Below, piece after piece: positions 1-12,704 of a DNA stretch of 64,000 bases. Made by a program: the position numbers and the translations under genes. This DNA comes from Eledone cirrhosa (lineage: Eukaryota): NCBI GenBank assembly GCA_964016885.1, contig OZ024743.1:106206001-106270000 (forward strand), read 5' to 3'. Every line of letters starts with the position of its first letter. The stretch's first letter is position 1. The notes under the pieces are model-generated. The model worked only from the letters and a program-made list of their open reading frames with translations, had not been told where the DNA came from and made no database searches.

Positions 1-361
1 TTCTTTCTCTCCTTCTTTTCTCTAACTGTGCTTAACACTATAACTAAATAATTACTATCCTCTCTATAAAGTACTCCCTCTCTCTTCAGTCTCTCTATAT
101 GTATGGTGAATTATTATTTATCTGTTGCTTTCGGTTGCCTCTCTTTTTTCACCTCCTCCTATCTATTTATATATCTTTTTTTCTCTCTCCCCTCTCTCTC
201 TCTCTGTTTTTCTTTACCTCCGTTTCTTCTTTCTCTCCGTCTTTTTTTCTAACACTATAACTAAATAATTATAAACACATCACTACCCAGGCAGCTTCCT
301 AATTTAATGGTCGCTTATATTATGGTACGTCAAAATTATTTATAAAACTGTTTATATATTG

Positions 362-427
362 TATTTTATCTGACGAAGGCATGCAATATTTTTAATATGG
401 TATCCCTGAAATATGTATAATGAAATA
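362..427 (+). ncRNA. Minimal type I hammerhead ribozyme (family H1) in a PLE pLTR-like unit
   Basis: Stem I TATTTTAT/ATGAAATA; core CTGACGA (370-376); stem II AGG.ATGC/GTAT.CCT; GAAA-T-ATGT-A-TA, predicted cleavage after 419. Downstream AAATATGGTTTTATAAATATAGTTTCCATTT is shared with the 16.5 kb and 61 kb copies. Confidence 0.8.
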
Positions 428-507
428 AATATGGTTTTATAAATATAGTTTCCATTTGTTTAATATCGATATAATGTTTAATATATATATAATGAGAACA
501 ATAATAA

Positions 508-670
508 TAATAATGATTTCTTTATTGGCCACAAGGGCTGACATCAAGAAAAACATTACAGACGGCACAGGACGGTAGGGGACGGTTCGATATGGGTCCT
601 GTACCGTCCTGTGCCGTATGCAATGTTGTTCTTGATGTCAGCCCTTGTGGCCAATAAAGAAATCATTATT
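508..670. repeat. Inverted pair of Tx1-like LINE 3' ends (hairpin, about 70-bp arms)
   Basis: TTTCTTTATTGGCCACAAGGGCTGACATCAAGAA...GGACGGTA is the reverse complement of TACCGTCC...TTCTTGATGTCAGCCCTTGTGGCCAATAAAGAAA. The right arm resembles the Tx1-like 3' ends at about 35490-35530, 45380-45410 and 54545-54600. Confidence 0.8.
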
Positions 671-707
671 AGTATTATTGTACTGGAGAATTGCTGGCCT
701 TGTGCCA

Positions 708-740
708 ATAGTAGAAACAATTATTATTATTATTGTTCTC

Positions 741-796
<56 letters not shown>

Positions 797-829
797 GAGA
801 ACAATAATAATAATAATTGTTTCTACTAT
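708..829. repeat. Perfect palindrome centred on (TA)n, including the 3' end of a SINE
   Basis: ATAGTAGAAACAATTATTATTATTATTGTTCTCATTA-(TA)n-TAATGAGAACAATAATAATAATAATTGTTTCTACTAT. Confidence 0.9.
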
Positions 830-1020
830 ATAATAATAATAATTATTATTATTATAGAAAAATTATAGAACAGAACACAGACAGAACCAAAAGCAACAAC
901 AAACGCAAATTTCAAAAGTTTTGAACGCAACAACCCCTAGTTCCCTTAGCAGCAGCAGCAGCAGCAGCAAGAAAACACTAGTAAACGATGTTACTGGCTT
1001 TGAAAAACCAAAAACACAAA

Positions 1021-4000
1021 GGAAAAAAACAAAACAAACAAAAAAACTAAGTCAGACATTCAAACATTGCAATGAAACTTATGTTTATTTATTTAAGTTT
1101 TTATCTATTTATTTATATATTTATTTATGTTCGTCTACATCGTGAAGGTGCCACGCTAAAATCACCAGGAGTTATGAAATCACTGGGGATGATGAAATCA
1201 CCGGTGGTTATGTAACCATACATTCACCAATCCTCGATATGAGTGTTTAAGTGTCGAACCTAAACATTTCGAAAAACGGTGAAGAGGAGACTGGAACGTT
1301 ATGTGACAGCCTCTCACTCAGCAAGTGCTCCCTGGCCCAGCAGCAGGGACCTGGCTGTCATCTAAATACTGCTGGTGTTGAAGGAAGAAGAAGGAAAGGG
1401 ACAAGAACCAACTGGACGAAAGAATTGAATAGAACTGTGATGCAATGTTACCTGAAGAGTAACCTCAAGGAAAAAGGTTATATGAAACGGATGCATAACA
1501 TCTGGAATTAGAAGGGTCTATTTAAATTAGATGAACAAAATTTGGCCGGGGAGCCCGAGTAATTAGAACTGATGGATGGATAAGCGAGTTGGACCTGGAG
1601 GAACTGAGCAGAGAGATTAGATTGGAAATGGAGAGTGGAGTATGCCAGGTAAACGAGCCAGTGGGAAATGAAAGTGAAGAGTTTGAGAGACTGGAGGAAG
1701 CATCCGAAGTATACGATGATCTGAATGCTGACATAAATAACATCTGGAACAAAGATACGGCCATTGAGGAACTGAATGCTGACGGGCTAGGACAAGATTT
1801 GGTTGATAACCTAAACATAGTGGTAGATGAAATGAACAATGATAGTGGGAAACCTATGAACCTAAGATTTGTAGACAGGAAAAAGTTAAAAGAAACAACA
1901 GCTAAGGTAAACAAAGTCATCCCATACCTTGAGGCGAGGAACCTTCACCTATGCAACACTATCCTCAAAGCAACAGCAAATGCGGTGAGGAAATTAATTG
2001 GCATAAAAACGAGAGGAAACAACAAACAAGACAGATCAGAACCTTGGTGGAAGAAACGACTGAATGGTGACCTCAAGGGAAATGAGAAATGACATTGGAA
2101 AGCTTGAGTCCCTACTGAATGGGGCACAAAAAACATAGACACTAAAAATAGACTGGAAATAAAGTACAACACTAGGAGGAAAAAGCTAAATATTATCATA
2201 GAGGAACTGAAGCAACGCATTGTAGCAAAGAGTGCAAAAATTAGGCGATACGAGAGCAGAGTCAGTCAGTATAGACAGAACCGCATGTTTGACAACAACC
2301 AGAAGATGCTATTTGGACAGCTTGAAAGGAAAGAAAGAGGCCACGACTTGATCCCTGAGGCGGAACAAACTAAGACATTCTGGAGAGGAATATGGGAGCA
2401 GGATGTTAAACATAATGACCAGGCAGTGTGGATTGAGACAGTACAAAAGGAGATTAGTGAACAGGCACACCAACAAACTGATTTGAGTATCACAGTTGAA
2501 ACTCTTAAGGGGCGGGCCAAAAAACTAACCAACTGGAAATCACCAGGCCCAGATGGTGTGCAGGGGTATTGTATTAAAAATATAACATCCCTCCACCCGA
2601 AACTGACAACCATGTTCAATGACTGCTTGATGTCAGGTGAGGTACCAATAATGCTTTCTTTATTAAAAACAAGAGTTTACATAAAGTAGACATTGAGGAT
2701 AGTACAGGACAATACAGGACGGTACAAATGGGCATTTCTGCGTGTAAAAAACAAAAACAGAGGATCTAACCAGAAATAACAATGAAAAATTCCCAAATAG
2801 GGGGGAGACTTCCGAGGGACATTTGTAGAGAAAGCCTCTTAAAAGGCCACAGTGATCCTGACTACCAGGGCAGGTATCCGCCCCCAGTTTTCCACCTTCA
2901 ATTTACAGACACATACTCAGAGTAGGCCGATTCACTCGGGCCATTCTTAATTTTCTCACCCATCTTTCAACAAAATGCTGGGAAGAGAGCACTTCTCTCT
3001 CTACCCTGATTTTCCTTTTCAAATGAAATTTGAAAAAGTTAATCAGCGCATCACTGAAGAGGTAAATGCTCGTCTTCAGCGCTTTCAAACGTGTCCACCA
3101 TACTATCTCTTTCGCCATGGCCACCAGACAGATAAAAACTGCCTGCCCTTCTCGGCTAAAGGAAAGGGGCGGGGCAATCCTCACGATGGACACAGCTGAT
3201 GGCTGGATCCGTCCTACACGCGACAGCAGGTGTTCGACAAAAACCCACAAGTCAGCAATGCTCGGACACTGGGCACCTCCATTCCTGTAAAGTTGGGAAA
3301 GGGAGAGCTTACCATCAATCACCTCCTCTTCATGAGTGATCTTAAGCTCTTCGGGAAGAGTGAGAAGGAGTTGGATGTGCTTGTTGACACTGTCCATATT
3401 CTCAGCAATGATATATGTATGCAATTTGGTATTAGTAAGTGTGGAGTCCTTGTGATGAAGAGGGGTAAATTGAGCAGAAGCAACGGAATCCAGGTACCAA
3501 CAGGTGAGATGATAAAGGAAATTGACACTGAAGAAGGATACAGGTATTTGGGTGTTCTGGAGGCTGATGACAACAAGAACAAAAAAATCAAGGAATTGAT
3601 AAGAACTGAATACATTCGGAGAGTAGGGAGCGTATTAAAGTCACATCTGAACAGTAGGAATGCCATAAGTGCAGTAAATTCCCGAGCTGTGTCTATTATT
3701 AGGTACAGTGCGGGAATTCTGAGAGGGAATGTTGCTGAACAAAAAGAAATGGATAGGAAGACTAGGAAGCTATTGACTATCTACAACATGTTCCACAAGA
3801 GGAGTGATGTCGATAGACTCTACTTAAGGAGATCTGAAGGTGGAAGAGGTCTTATCAGCATACAGGACTGTGTTCAGATGGAGAAAAACAACCTACACAA
3901 ATACGTGACTGATAGTAAGGAGCCAATGCTCAGAACTGTACTGAAGGAGGGGACAATAGACCAGAGGATGTCGAATGAGGAAATAACATCAAGGAGAAAG

Positions 4001-4872
4001 AGCAGCCTTCAGGAAAAATCCCTTCATAGTACCTTCTTTGAGAAAACTGAATTCAGAGATCCACAGACATGAAACTAGTTGAAAATAGGAGACCTTAAAA
4101 AGGCTACAGAAGGAATGTTAATGGCTGCGCAGGAGCAGGCCCTCAAATCTAAGTGGTTGAAACACCACATTTACAAGGAGGAGGCTAGCCCACTGTGCAG
4201 GATCTGTGGAGAGAGAGAGGAGACTGTGGCTCACATTGTATCCGAGTGTAAACACCTAGCCCAGACTCACTATAAGGGCTGGAGACATGATGTGATGGGC
4301 AGGGTGATCCACTGGCACCGATGCAAAGTAAACAATTTATCACATTCTGAGAAGTGGTATGAGCATACGCCAGAGTCGGTGATAGAAAACGATCAGGTGA
4401 AGGTGCTCTGGGATTTTAGGATACAGACGGACAAGAAACTGGAACACAATAGACCTGACCTGGTGGTTGTGGACAAAGAAAAAAGATCGTGCCTGATTAT
4501 GGATGTGGCCTGCCCATTCGACACGAGAGTACAAGAGAAGGAGAGGGAGAAAATTAACCGATACCAGGACTTAAAGTGGGAGGTAAAAAGATTTGGAACT
4601 GCCATCAAGTCAAAGTGGTCCCGATTGTCATAGGCGCACTAGGTACTATCTCAAAATGTTTCCAGGGATGGTTAAAGAAAATTGGGCCCGCCACGCTTTT
4701 TGGAACGCTTCAAAGGCATGCTTGCTGGGAACAGCAAGAACCCTCCGATACGTCCTGAATATCTGAGGCTGCAGATAGTGGCTTAATATTCATTGCAACA
4801 AACTTTCCAGTTAACTAACATCAATGACTGAGACTCAAAGAATAATAATAAAAATAAAAATAATAATAATAA
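1021..4872 (+). mobile_element. R4/Dong-like RLE non-LTR retrotransposon, family A copy 1 (disrupted; RT core partly replaced by a Tx1 fragment)
   Basis: Frameshifted ORF pieces from 1251 to 4765. Motifs: NWKSPGPDGVQGY, HLLFMSDLKLF (YMDD region), YRYLGV, DVDRLYLRRSEGGRGL, CCHC knuckle CRICGEREETVAHIVSEC, RHD, RLE NRPDLVV..MDVACP..K..RY.DL. Ends in an (AAT)n tail. Collinear with 20470-24150. Confidence 0.92.
2648..3289 (-). mobile_element. 5'-truncated 3' fragment of the Tx1-like LINE inserted antisense in family A copy 1
   Basis: ORF 2903..3424(-) ends QCPSIADLWVFVEHLLSRVGRIQ...TLSMCL, nearly identical to 34937..35353(+). 3' UTR with AATAAAGAAAGCATTATT lies at the left end. Confidence 0.92.
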
Positions 4873-5245
4873 GAAGAAGAGAGGTAGGAAGGCGGGTATG
4901 ATCTTTTGAATGAAGTGTCTAAACATCTATTTTATCAGAGCAATTAATGAAAGATATATATATAAGGGAGAGAAAGATCTTAGCTAATGAATGGTGTGAC
5001 CACATCTATATTGTATGGTGGGTTATACCATATAATGCATTGGGATTTATTTTCCTTGGTCTATGCTCATACGTAGTATCTGCTACCTTATCGACAAATC
5101 AACTCCGAGCAAGAGTTTATTTGTAATATGTGGAATGGTCGGTGAAAATATGCTCGTTTGTAGATTAACGGGAAAGCCTCAAAGAAACGTTGCTTACGCC
5201 ATCTTTGGACATTTATTAGTATTGCTATATATATATATATATGTG

Positions 5246-5303
5246 ACGTCATTATATCACGTATATATATATATATATATATATATACGTGATATAATGA
5301 CGT
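5246..5303. repeat. Perfect palindrome centred on (TA)n
   Basis: ACGTCATTATATCACG-(TA)n-CGTGATATAATGACGT. Confidence 0.9.
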
Positions 5304-7479
5304 TCGGTCCATATCGATCAATACATTGTCACCCACGTTATATATATAAATTCACATCTTACATATTCGAGAGAGATGGATGGATGTCACTCAAAATCAA
5401 ATTAAATTCCCATTTAAATGTGGATCATGTATCATCGATCTTCAGGGGAGTTAATCCATAAATGTCTGGAAGATTTTACTTTGACTAATAGTGACAACAC
5501 GTCTCTTAGTGTATATCATCCCACGTTTGGAACGGCATAAAATGGGAGTTTGTGTTTGGAAAGATGCATGAACGCCAACCACATGGTTATTATTGTGTGT
5601 ATAAAGCTGTTGTTAATATCGTCCTTATTTTGATTTCTATTTGACTGCGTTAAATTATTGCAGCTCTTCAATTTCTTACACTTATTTACAATAATTTCAT
5701 GAGGATTAACATATTCATCTGAGTTAATGGGATGATGCTGCTGATGAACTTTATGATGATTTCCCTGTGATCTTCAACTTGATATTCTTCCACCTCTCAC
5801 TATAATAATCCTTCATTATGGTGATGACAATGTTCCTAGTCCTTTTCAACATCATCATTATTCTTATCTTCATCATAATCATCATATATTCCACCATCAT
5901 AATTATCATATATTCCATTCCACCACTATCATCATTATGATCCCCAACACATGTCAGATGACTGATTTAATTGAATTCCTATGTTTTAAAATCCGAACAT
6001 CAATATTTGTATCATCACTAGATTTAAGGGCGATCTGATAATTGCATTTATTGATTATTACTATCTTTATTTTAATTTTTCTATTTGCAATGTATGACTC
6101 AGTTGGCAATGGTTTACTAGTGGTTTCTATTCAATAGCTTGCATCCGAGCTATTATTCTTCAGACTATACAACATGTTAATATATAACGGGCCTGATAAA
6201 TTTGAAGTTTACAAACCAAATGTGGATATTTGTGAATTATGTATCGAATAATGAATTACTCTTTCATGCATTGAAATGTAGGCAGATCAATTCTATATAT
6301 GTTGCGAATGATTTATTGATGCACATAAAGAAAATTAAAATATATACATTTCATATATATCTGATTGAAGATATCACTTTTATACAAAGTAGTATATTTT
6401 AATGTCAATATTTAATGCATCAAATTCTAGACTTAATTTGGAAACTGTTCCTATACTTATATGCGTGTTTGATAAATAATTATGTTGATAATAAATTGAG
6501 GTAGAGATTCATTTGGAGGTATGCAAACCATTTTGTTTATTACAGGTTAAATTATTTTGAACAAAACATTTTCTTAAAGAAAATGGGGTAATATATTCAT
6601 TTCTTACAGATATTGGTGATAAATATGAAAGGAGGTGCATTCACCGGCGCATTATTTGCAATCTGCACTAGTCAACAAACACCCTATATTCAACTGTATT
6701 GAACTAATCACGTTTTGCTTTAATAACATTGAAATTACAAATAATGTAAGAGTGATCAATGAGAAGGGTTAAATTTACATACATATGAACACAACTTCAG
6801 TAATTTATCTGAAATGGATCAGTTGACAACCTTAAGCTAAAATAAGTCAACAAATTCGAATTTGCATCTTCTTACTTTTTGCTATAATTGTTTCAACACA
6901 CGCGATGGATTAGTAATCATATATCTTTACACATCAGAAAATAGGATTCACCATTTATTTTTGTAAGGCTATGCAATTAGGTTCCGATGCATCAAGATTC
7001 TATTCGATTTCCTATAAAGTTAGACGCCTAGAATATTGAATCTTACTCTAAAATTAAATCTAGAAATTTACCAAGAGGATTTTCCCTGAGAAAGGTAGGT
7101 CACCATGCAAACTCTTCCAACGTAGACCAATATGTTTGGACTTGACTTTGGTACTTGGGCAATGATGGGATCTTATTACAATCAAATACATTGTCTTTAT
7201 TATTCATATTGAAATTACTTTATCAAATCTCGTGTTTAAACAATATATTAAGCTCCCTTACTTTAGATTAATATATTGGCAGAGCTTCTAATATTACATG
7301 AATTAGAAATAAAATTGTCATTTGAATGCACGAACCCTGTTGTCATTCAGACTACCCTACAACTTAATATATAGAAATACATTTTCAAACTCCTCATATA
7401 TATATATATATATATAAATAAAGAAAAAAGATTAAATCGAAAATGCAACTAGAGTCGTATTTAAAAAAAAAAAAATGTA

Positions 7480-7767
7480 TCTTTATTTGTGTGCTTGTGT
7501 GTGTGGGGGGGGCGTGTGCGTATAGGAAGATGATTCTATTAGTAGAAATGGGGGGGGTGAGTGTGTGTGGGGGCGGGGGGAGTATGTTAAGATGGAGAGA
7601 ATATATATATTTTATCTGTGTATATATTTGTAGGAAAGTGATTCTATAATATAAATGGGGGAGGGAGTTGTGTATGTGTGTGTGGGGGGAGGTATGTGTG
7701 TGTGTGTGTATGGGTGTTATGTGTGTGTAGGAGTATGGTTAGCATGTTAAGATGAAGAGAATATATA

Positions 7768-7808
<41 letters not shown>

Positions 7809-9450
7809 GAAAATGATTCCGTTAGTAGAAATATTTTTGAATGAACATATTTTCCTTATTTATTCGTATTTGTTCTGTTGTATTTTCAGCGCAAATGTAT
7901 GTTAAGGTTTATTTAGTTCGGGTTTTTATTTTCTAAAGTAGAAGGTGACATGTGTGTGTGTATGTGTCTGTTTGGATGGTTAGCATGTTATGGTGTTGAC
8001 ATAATGTATATTAAACCATATTTAATGCTGATCAATATTTTTGAATAAACATATTTTCCCTATTTATTCGTATTTGTTCAGTTGTATTGTCAGCTCAAAA
8101 GTAAAATGGGAAGATTGGAATTTGGGTGTCTTATTAGTTGCGCATATGTCTAGATGTGCGCTTAGTGGTATCTGTCTCGTGTTTGGATCTCGTAATTGTT
8201 GGCGATGATGGGTCATTCTGTTTCTGAATGTGAGTTTAGTTTGTCCTATATAATCTTCATTGCATCCTTTACATTTAATGGCATAAAATAGATTTTTTGA
8301 TAAGCAATTGAGGTGATTTTTACAGGAAAATGTTGTCCTGATTGAAATGTATATATGTTGCCTTCAATGAGGTGAGTGCAGGTTCCACAATTAGAGCGAC
8401 CACATTTTTTGACACTTGGTTCTGGGTATGTGGTAAGTAATTTGACATTGGTGAGTAATGTTTTCAGTGATTTCGGTGGTCTTTTGCTTTTGATTATTGT
8501 GTGTGCTTCAAGGGCTTTTTTTCATTCTTGTGTCTTGTTTCAATACTGGGTTGTTCTTGTGAATAGTGTTGTAAGCTTCCGCATTTCTTGGGTTATGTGT
8601 TGAGATATATGATAGAATGTTGGACGTACCTTGAATTTGTTTATGTTTTCGTAATCCACCAATGCCTATTGCTTTAGCCCTTTCTATTCCATTATTTATT
8701 AGTAATGGTGGGTACTGTCTTTCGTGTAGAATTTCCTTTAATTCTTGAAGTCTTTTATTTCGCGTTTCATAATTGGAGACAATTGTACAAATTCTTCTTG
8801 CTAGGATAAAATGAATGTTCGGTTTCGTGTGCTTTGGATGGTTGGAGGTGAACAGCAGGTATTATTTGGAATCTGTTGGTTTGTAGTGTATGTCAGTTTT
8901 AATATTTGTGTCTTTTTTTAAGATTAAGATGTCCAGAAATGGGAGTTAATCTTGGCTGCATTCCATTGTGAATTGGATGTGGTTATAGATTCCGTTAATT
9001 AAATATTTGAAATCATTCAGTTGGTTGAGTGTGTGGGAACAAAGAATGAGACAATCATCCAAGTAGCGTTTCCAGTTCTCTGATAAATATTTGTGGAAGT
9101 TCAATCCGTATTTTTATTTGGACTGTTCATATATCTGGACTTCTAAGTATGCCATGACTAAGTTGGCATAAGTTGGAGCGGCTTTCGTACCCATCGCAGT
9201 CCCCGATATTTGCTTGTACGTACTGCCATCGAAATCAAAAAAGTTGTTCTGTGAGATAAATTTTAATTCCTCGGTGATGAAGCTTTTTTCTGTTCTGCTA
9301 GGTATCTCATTGAGATATTTCTCTAGCCAGAATCCTATTGCTTCTAGTCAGTATACACACACACACACAACTACATCCCTATTTCTACTAATGGAATCAT
9401 CTTCCTACACACACACACACAAGCACACAAATAAAGATATATATCTCTAC
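7480..9450 (-). mobile_element. Penelope-like element (Neptune-type RT plus GIY-YIG), 5'-truncated and degenerate, with an inverted terminal segment
   Basis: Minus-strand translation: YKQISGTAMGTKAAPTYANLVMAYLE (about 9140-9220), WKRYLDDC (9051-9074), HPKHTK..LARRICTI, linker CGRSNCGTC, GIY-YIG CLSKNLFYAIKCKGCNEDYIGQTKLTFRNRMTHHR (about 8200-8307). ORF end is partly duplicated (7835-7900 vs 8040-8100). 9375-9445 is an inverted copy of about 7480-7550. Confidence 0.85.
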
Positions 9451-9506
9451 TTTCTTTATTTCAATAGAAAATCTGAATTCTAACACTCCCAGCGAACCAG
9501 ACATAT

Positions 9507-10113
9507 TCACTGAATCAGAACAATTCTTCCATCCCATATCTCTTGACCATTATATTTTGTTTGTCATAAAATTATCTAAAAGGCTACAAAATAATTTCCC
9601 AAATACGGGCGCGAATTTAATGAACTTGTTCACGTAAAAATCATAATTTCATTTATAACCAATCAAATTACATTTATAAAAAAAAAAGCCTTCGTGAGCC
9701 ACTTTTTTTGAAGTAAAAAGAAATTTAAACAAACTGACGCGAAAGCTGATCTGCTTATTCACGTGACTGCATCAACCAATCAAACTTCACTCATACATGA
9801 AAAAACAACCTGCCATTTTCACTGAACCAGATCAATTCCCCCTATCACATTTCTCTTGAGCATTATCTTTTGTTTGTTATAAAATTCTCTAAAAGGCTAC
9901 TAAATAAATTCCCAAATACGGGCGCGATTTTTAATGAACTTGTTCACGTGGCAGCTTTAATTTCATTTATAACCAAATAAATTACATTTATGAAAAAAGC
10001 CTTCGTGAGCCCCTTTTTTAAGTAAAAAGAAATTCAAACAAACTGGCGCAAAAGCTAATGTGACACGTGACAGCATCAACCAAACTTCACTCATATATGA
10101 AAAAAACAATCTG
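9507..10113. repeat. Diverged tandem duplication, two units of about 300 bp
   Basis: 9507-9812 and 9818-10113 share CTAAAAGGCTAC, TTCCCAAATACGGGCGCGA, TTAATGAACTTGTTCACGT, AAAAAAGCCTTCGTGAGCC and CAAACTTCACTCATA. Confidence 0.9.
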
Positions 10114-10460
10114 ACCCCCCCCCCACATCCCTTGTTTGAAGAACTTTGTAACGCCAACTGGCGCGACATTTATTATACTTATCGACCAACCAATCAAATT
10201 ACTTCTCTAAAAACATGGCGTTTCGAGCCACTTTTTCCATATAAAACAATTAACATTCTAAGACCAACCAGATGTGAGAAAAACCACAGACCCTCCATAT
10301 AAACTCTACTTTTGAAAAGCAGAAGAACTGCGAAACCGGTAAAGGAACCAAATAAATATATATATATTTTTTTAAATAAGACTATAGTTGCATTTTCGAT
10401 TTCATCTTTTTTTTTTATACTTTCACCTCGGTTATTTTTCCTTTTGTAAAGAAACCTCAC

Positions 10461-10526
<66 letters not shown>

Positions 10527-10882
10527 GATACAGACTATTTTCCGCGCGGAACAGTCAGATCAGATATGTCTAGTTAGCCCGTAGAAATTAACTAGACAAA
10601 TAATAAATAAACGGAGCTAAGTCTAAAATATAAGTTAGAAGAAAAAATGCATATATATATATATATATATATATATAATTGTGTAGATGAGTTATAATAC
10701 AAACATATAATGGAAAAGAATAATTCAAATCTGGAATCTGATTTTATAGTCCACAGCAAGTTAGATTAAATCAGTTCAGAGTTTAATCTCATCGGTAAAT
10801 TTCCAATCACAGTAGTTTTGCAATATCACAGGACATATATATAAATGAATAAAGATTACTAGGATTAAATTACAATAAATCA

Positions 10883-10963
10883 TTTAATTGATTGACGAAC
10901 GTTTCGGTCAACGCAACAGGAATATTATTTTTTGCAGTATTGATCTCTCCAGAATCAATTAAA
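10883..10963 (-). ncRNA. Minimal type I hammerhead motif (family H3) with a core substitution, in a probable solo pLTR (about 10680-11200)
   Basis: Minus strand: 11-bp stem I TTTAATTGATT/AATCAATTAAA; core CTGGAGA instead of CTGANGA; stem II GATCAA/TTGACC; GAAA-C-GTTC-G-TC. The unit runs out into (TA)n at about 10680. Confidence 0.7.
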
Positions 10964-11268
10964 CAACGTAAATAAGGTAAATATTTACTTAACACTTGTG
11001 CGAATATTTAAATTTCCAAAAACTAAACAAATTAGAAATAGAGTTAGGAACATTTTATGGAAGACTAGATACATAATTAAAATATTTTAGTAATAGAGAC
11101 ATAGGGTGCAGTGACTAAATATATTTCCTAGACCATAACACACTAATTATATTGATAGAGGTAAATTACTATTTAAAAAAATAAAAAAATAATATAAACA
11201 CATTCAAACACACACAGGCACAAACACACACACACACACGCACACGCACACACACATACACACATATA

Positions 11269-11324
<56 letters not shown>

Positions 11325-11562
11325 CACCCGCAAAAATACTCAAGTACTTTACTATATATATATGTATATATATATATAAATGGAAAAAATGAAATTTCAT
11401 TTCTCACTCTTAGTACGGCTTAATATAAATAAAAGTATGTATACGTACATACATATATGTATACAGACGTACAGTAGTATGTATATACATCCATACATGA
11501 ACACACCATATATATGTACGTATGGGTTTACTGAACATTTATTATAATGCTCGGTTTTTATG

Positions 11563-11820
11563 TAATCAAACAGCCCGAATTATTAGCCGTACAGTGTTTG
11601 GCAACCATTGTTGCCATTTTATTCAACACTGACAAAGGAAAGATGAACTAGTTTCTAGCTTATTGGCTGTCATCAACACCGTATACTTTCCTGTCAGATG
11701 ATTGAACGTTTGAAAGTATATAGTTTCCTTATGCATATTAACGGTTGAGTAGCCTAATTTGCATATCGAGTGAGTTAGTTGCCGAACACTGTACAGCTAA
11801 TAACTCGGGCTGTCTGTGTA
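11563..11820. mobile_element. MITE with about 40-bp terminal inverted repeats and a possible TA target duplication
   Basis: CAAACAGCCCGAATTATTAGCCGTACAGTGTTTGGCAAC (11567-11605) matches the reverse complement of 11778-11816 with 4 mismatches. TA at 11563 and 11819. Confidence 0.7.
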
Positions 11821-11837
11821 CAAACAGGGAGAGAGAA

Positions 11838-11877
<40 letters not shown>

Positions 11878-12182
11878 CGAGAGAGAGAAAGAGGGAGAGA
11901 GAGAGAGAGCGAGCATTTTCATTCGTATAATTATGTGCGAGTACTTTACTGTAGTTAGTCCCGATTTCACTCTAGATATACACACACAAACACACACAGA
12001 AGCACATAAAAGGCAGTCACCGATCTGCCCAGCTTGTTTGCCTACTAGCATGAAAAAAAGCATACATCTTCTATGTAATTCTTCTGAGAAGGACATGTGC
12101 TTTATGTTATCAATAAAAGTTTACATCTTCGAAATATATATAATGAAAAAATAGAGATGATTTAAAGTATATATCTTTCCTT

Positions 12183-12213
<31 letters not shown>

Positions 12214-12672
12214 AGATATTCCATGATTTGCTAGTAGTGTGTGATCCAAGATTTGACATGTATGATTTACTGATTTCTTCAATGGAATATATACAGAGGA
12301 TATTCATCTTTATTGAAAGGTATCTATCTACATTCTAGATTCTTGTTAATTTTTAATATGTTACCTCCGTAACTATGTATGTTTACACCATTATCCCCTG
12401 TAACTATTTGATGTGTTTATTTTACATACATACGTCATCTTCCTTTTAATCTACTATATACATATATATATACATATTTTAAAGTGACGTTTTTTTACAA
12501 AATGAAAAAAAAAAACGAGGTATCCTACACGAGTGAAAGTATAAGGAAAAAAGATGAAATCGAAAATGCAACTGGAGTCTTTTCTTCTTTAAATATATGT
12601 ATTTGGCTCCTTTACCTGTTTAGCAGTTCTTGTGCTTTTCAAAGGTAGAATTGAGATGGAGTGTATGTGGTC

Positions 12673-12704
<32 letters not shown>

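Noticed and set aside
1221-1283. Possible HDV-like ribozyme or pseudoknot at the family A start (TTCACC..TCCTCG..GGTGAA)
   Set aside because: No convincing P1, P3 or P1.1. The TCCTCG is TCATCG in copy 2, and the loop pairing has no linker, so it is sterically implausible.
5340-5610. Possible PLE endonuclease relic on the minus strand
   Set aside because: Similarity too weak to support by eye.
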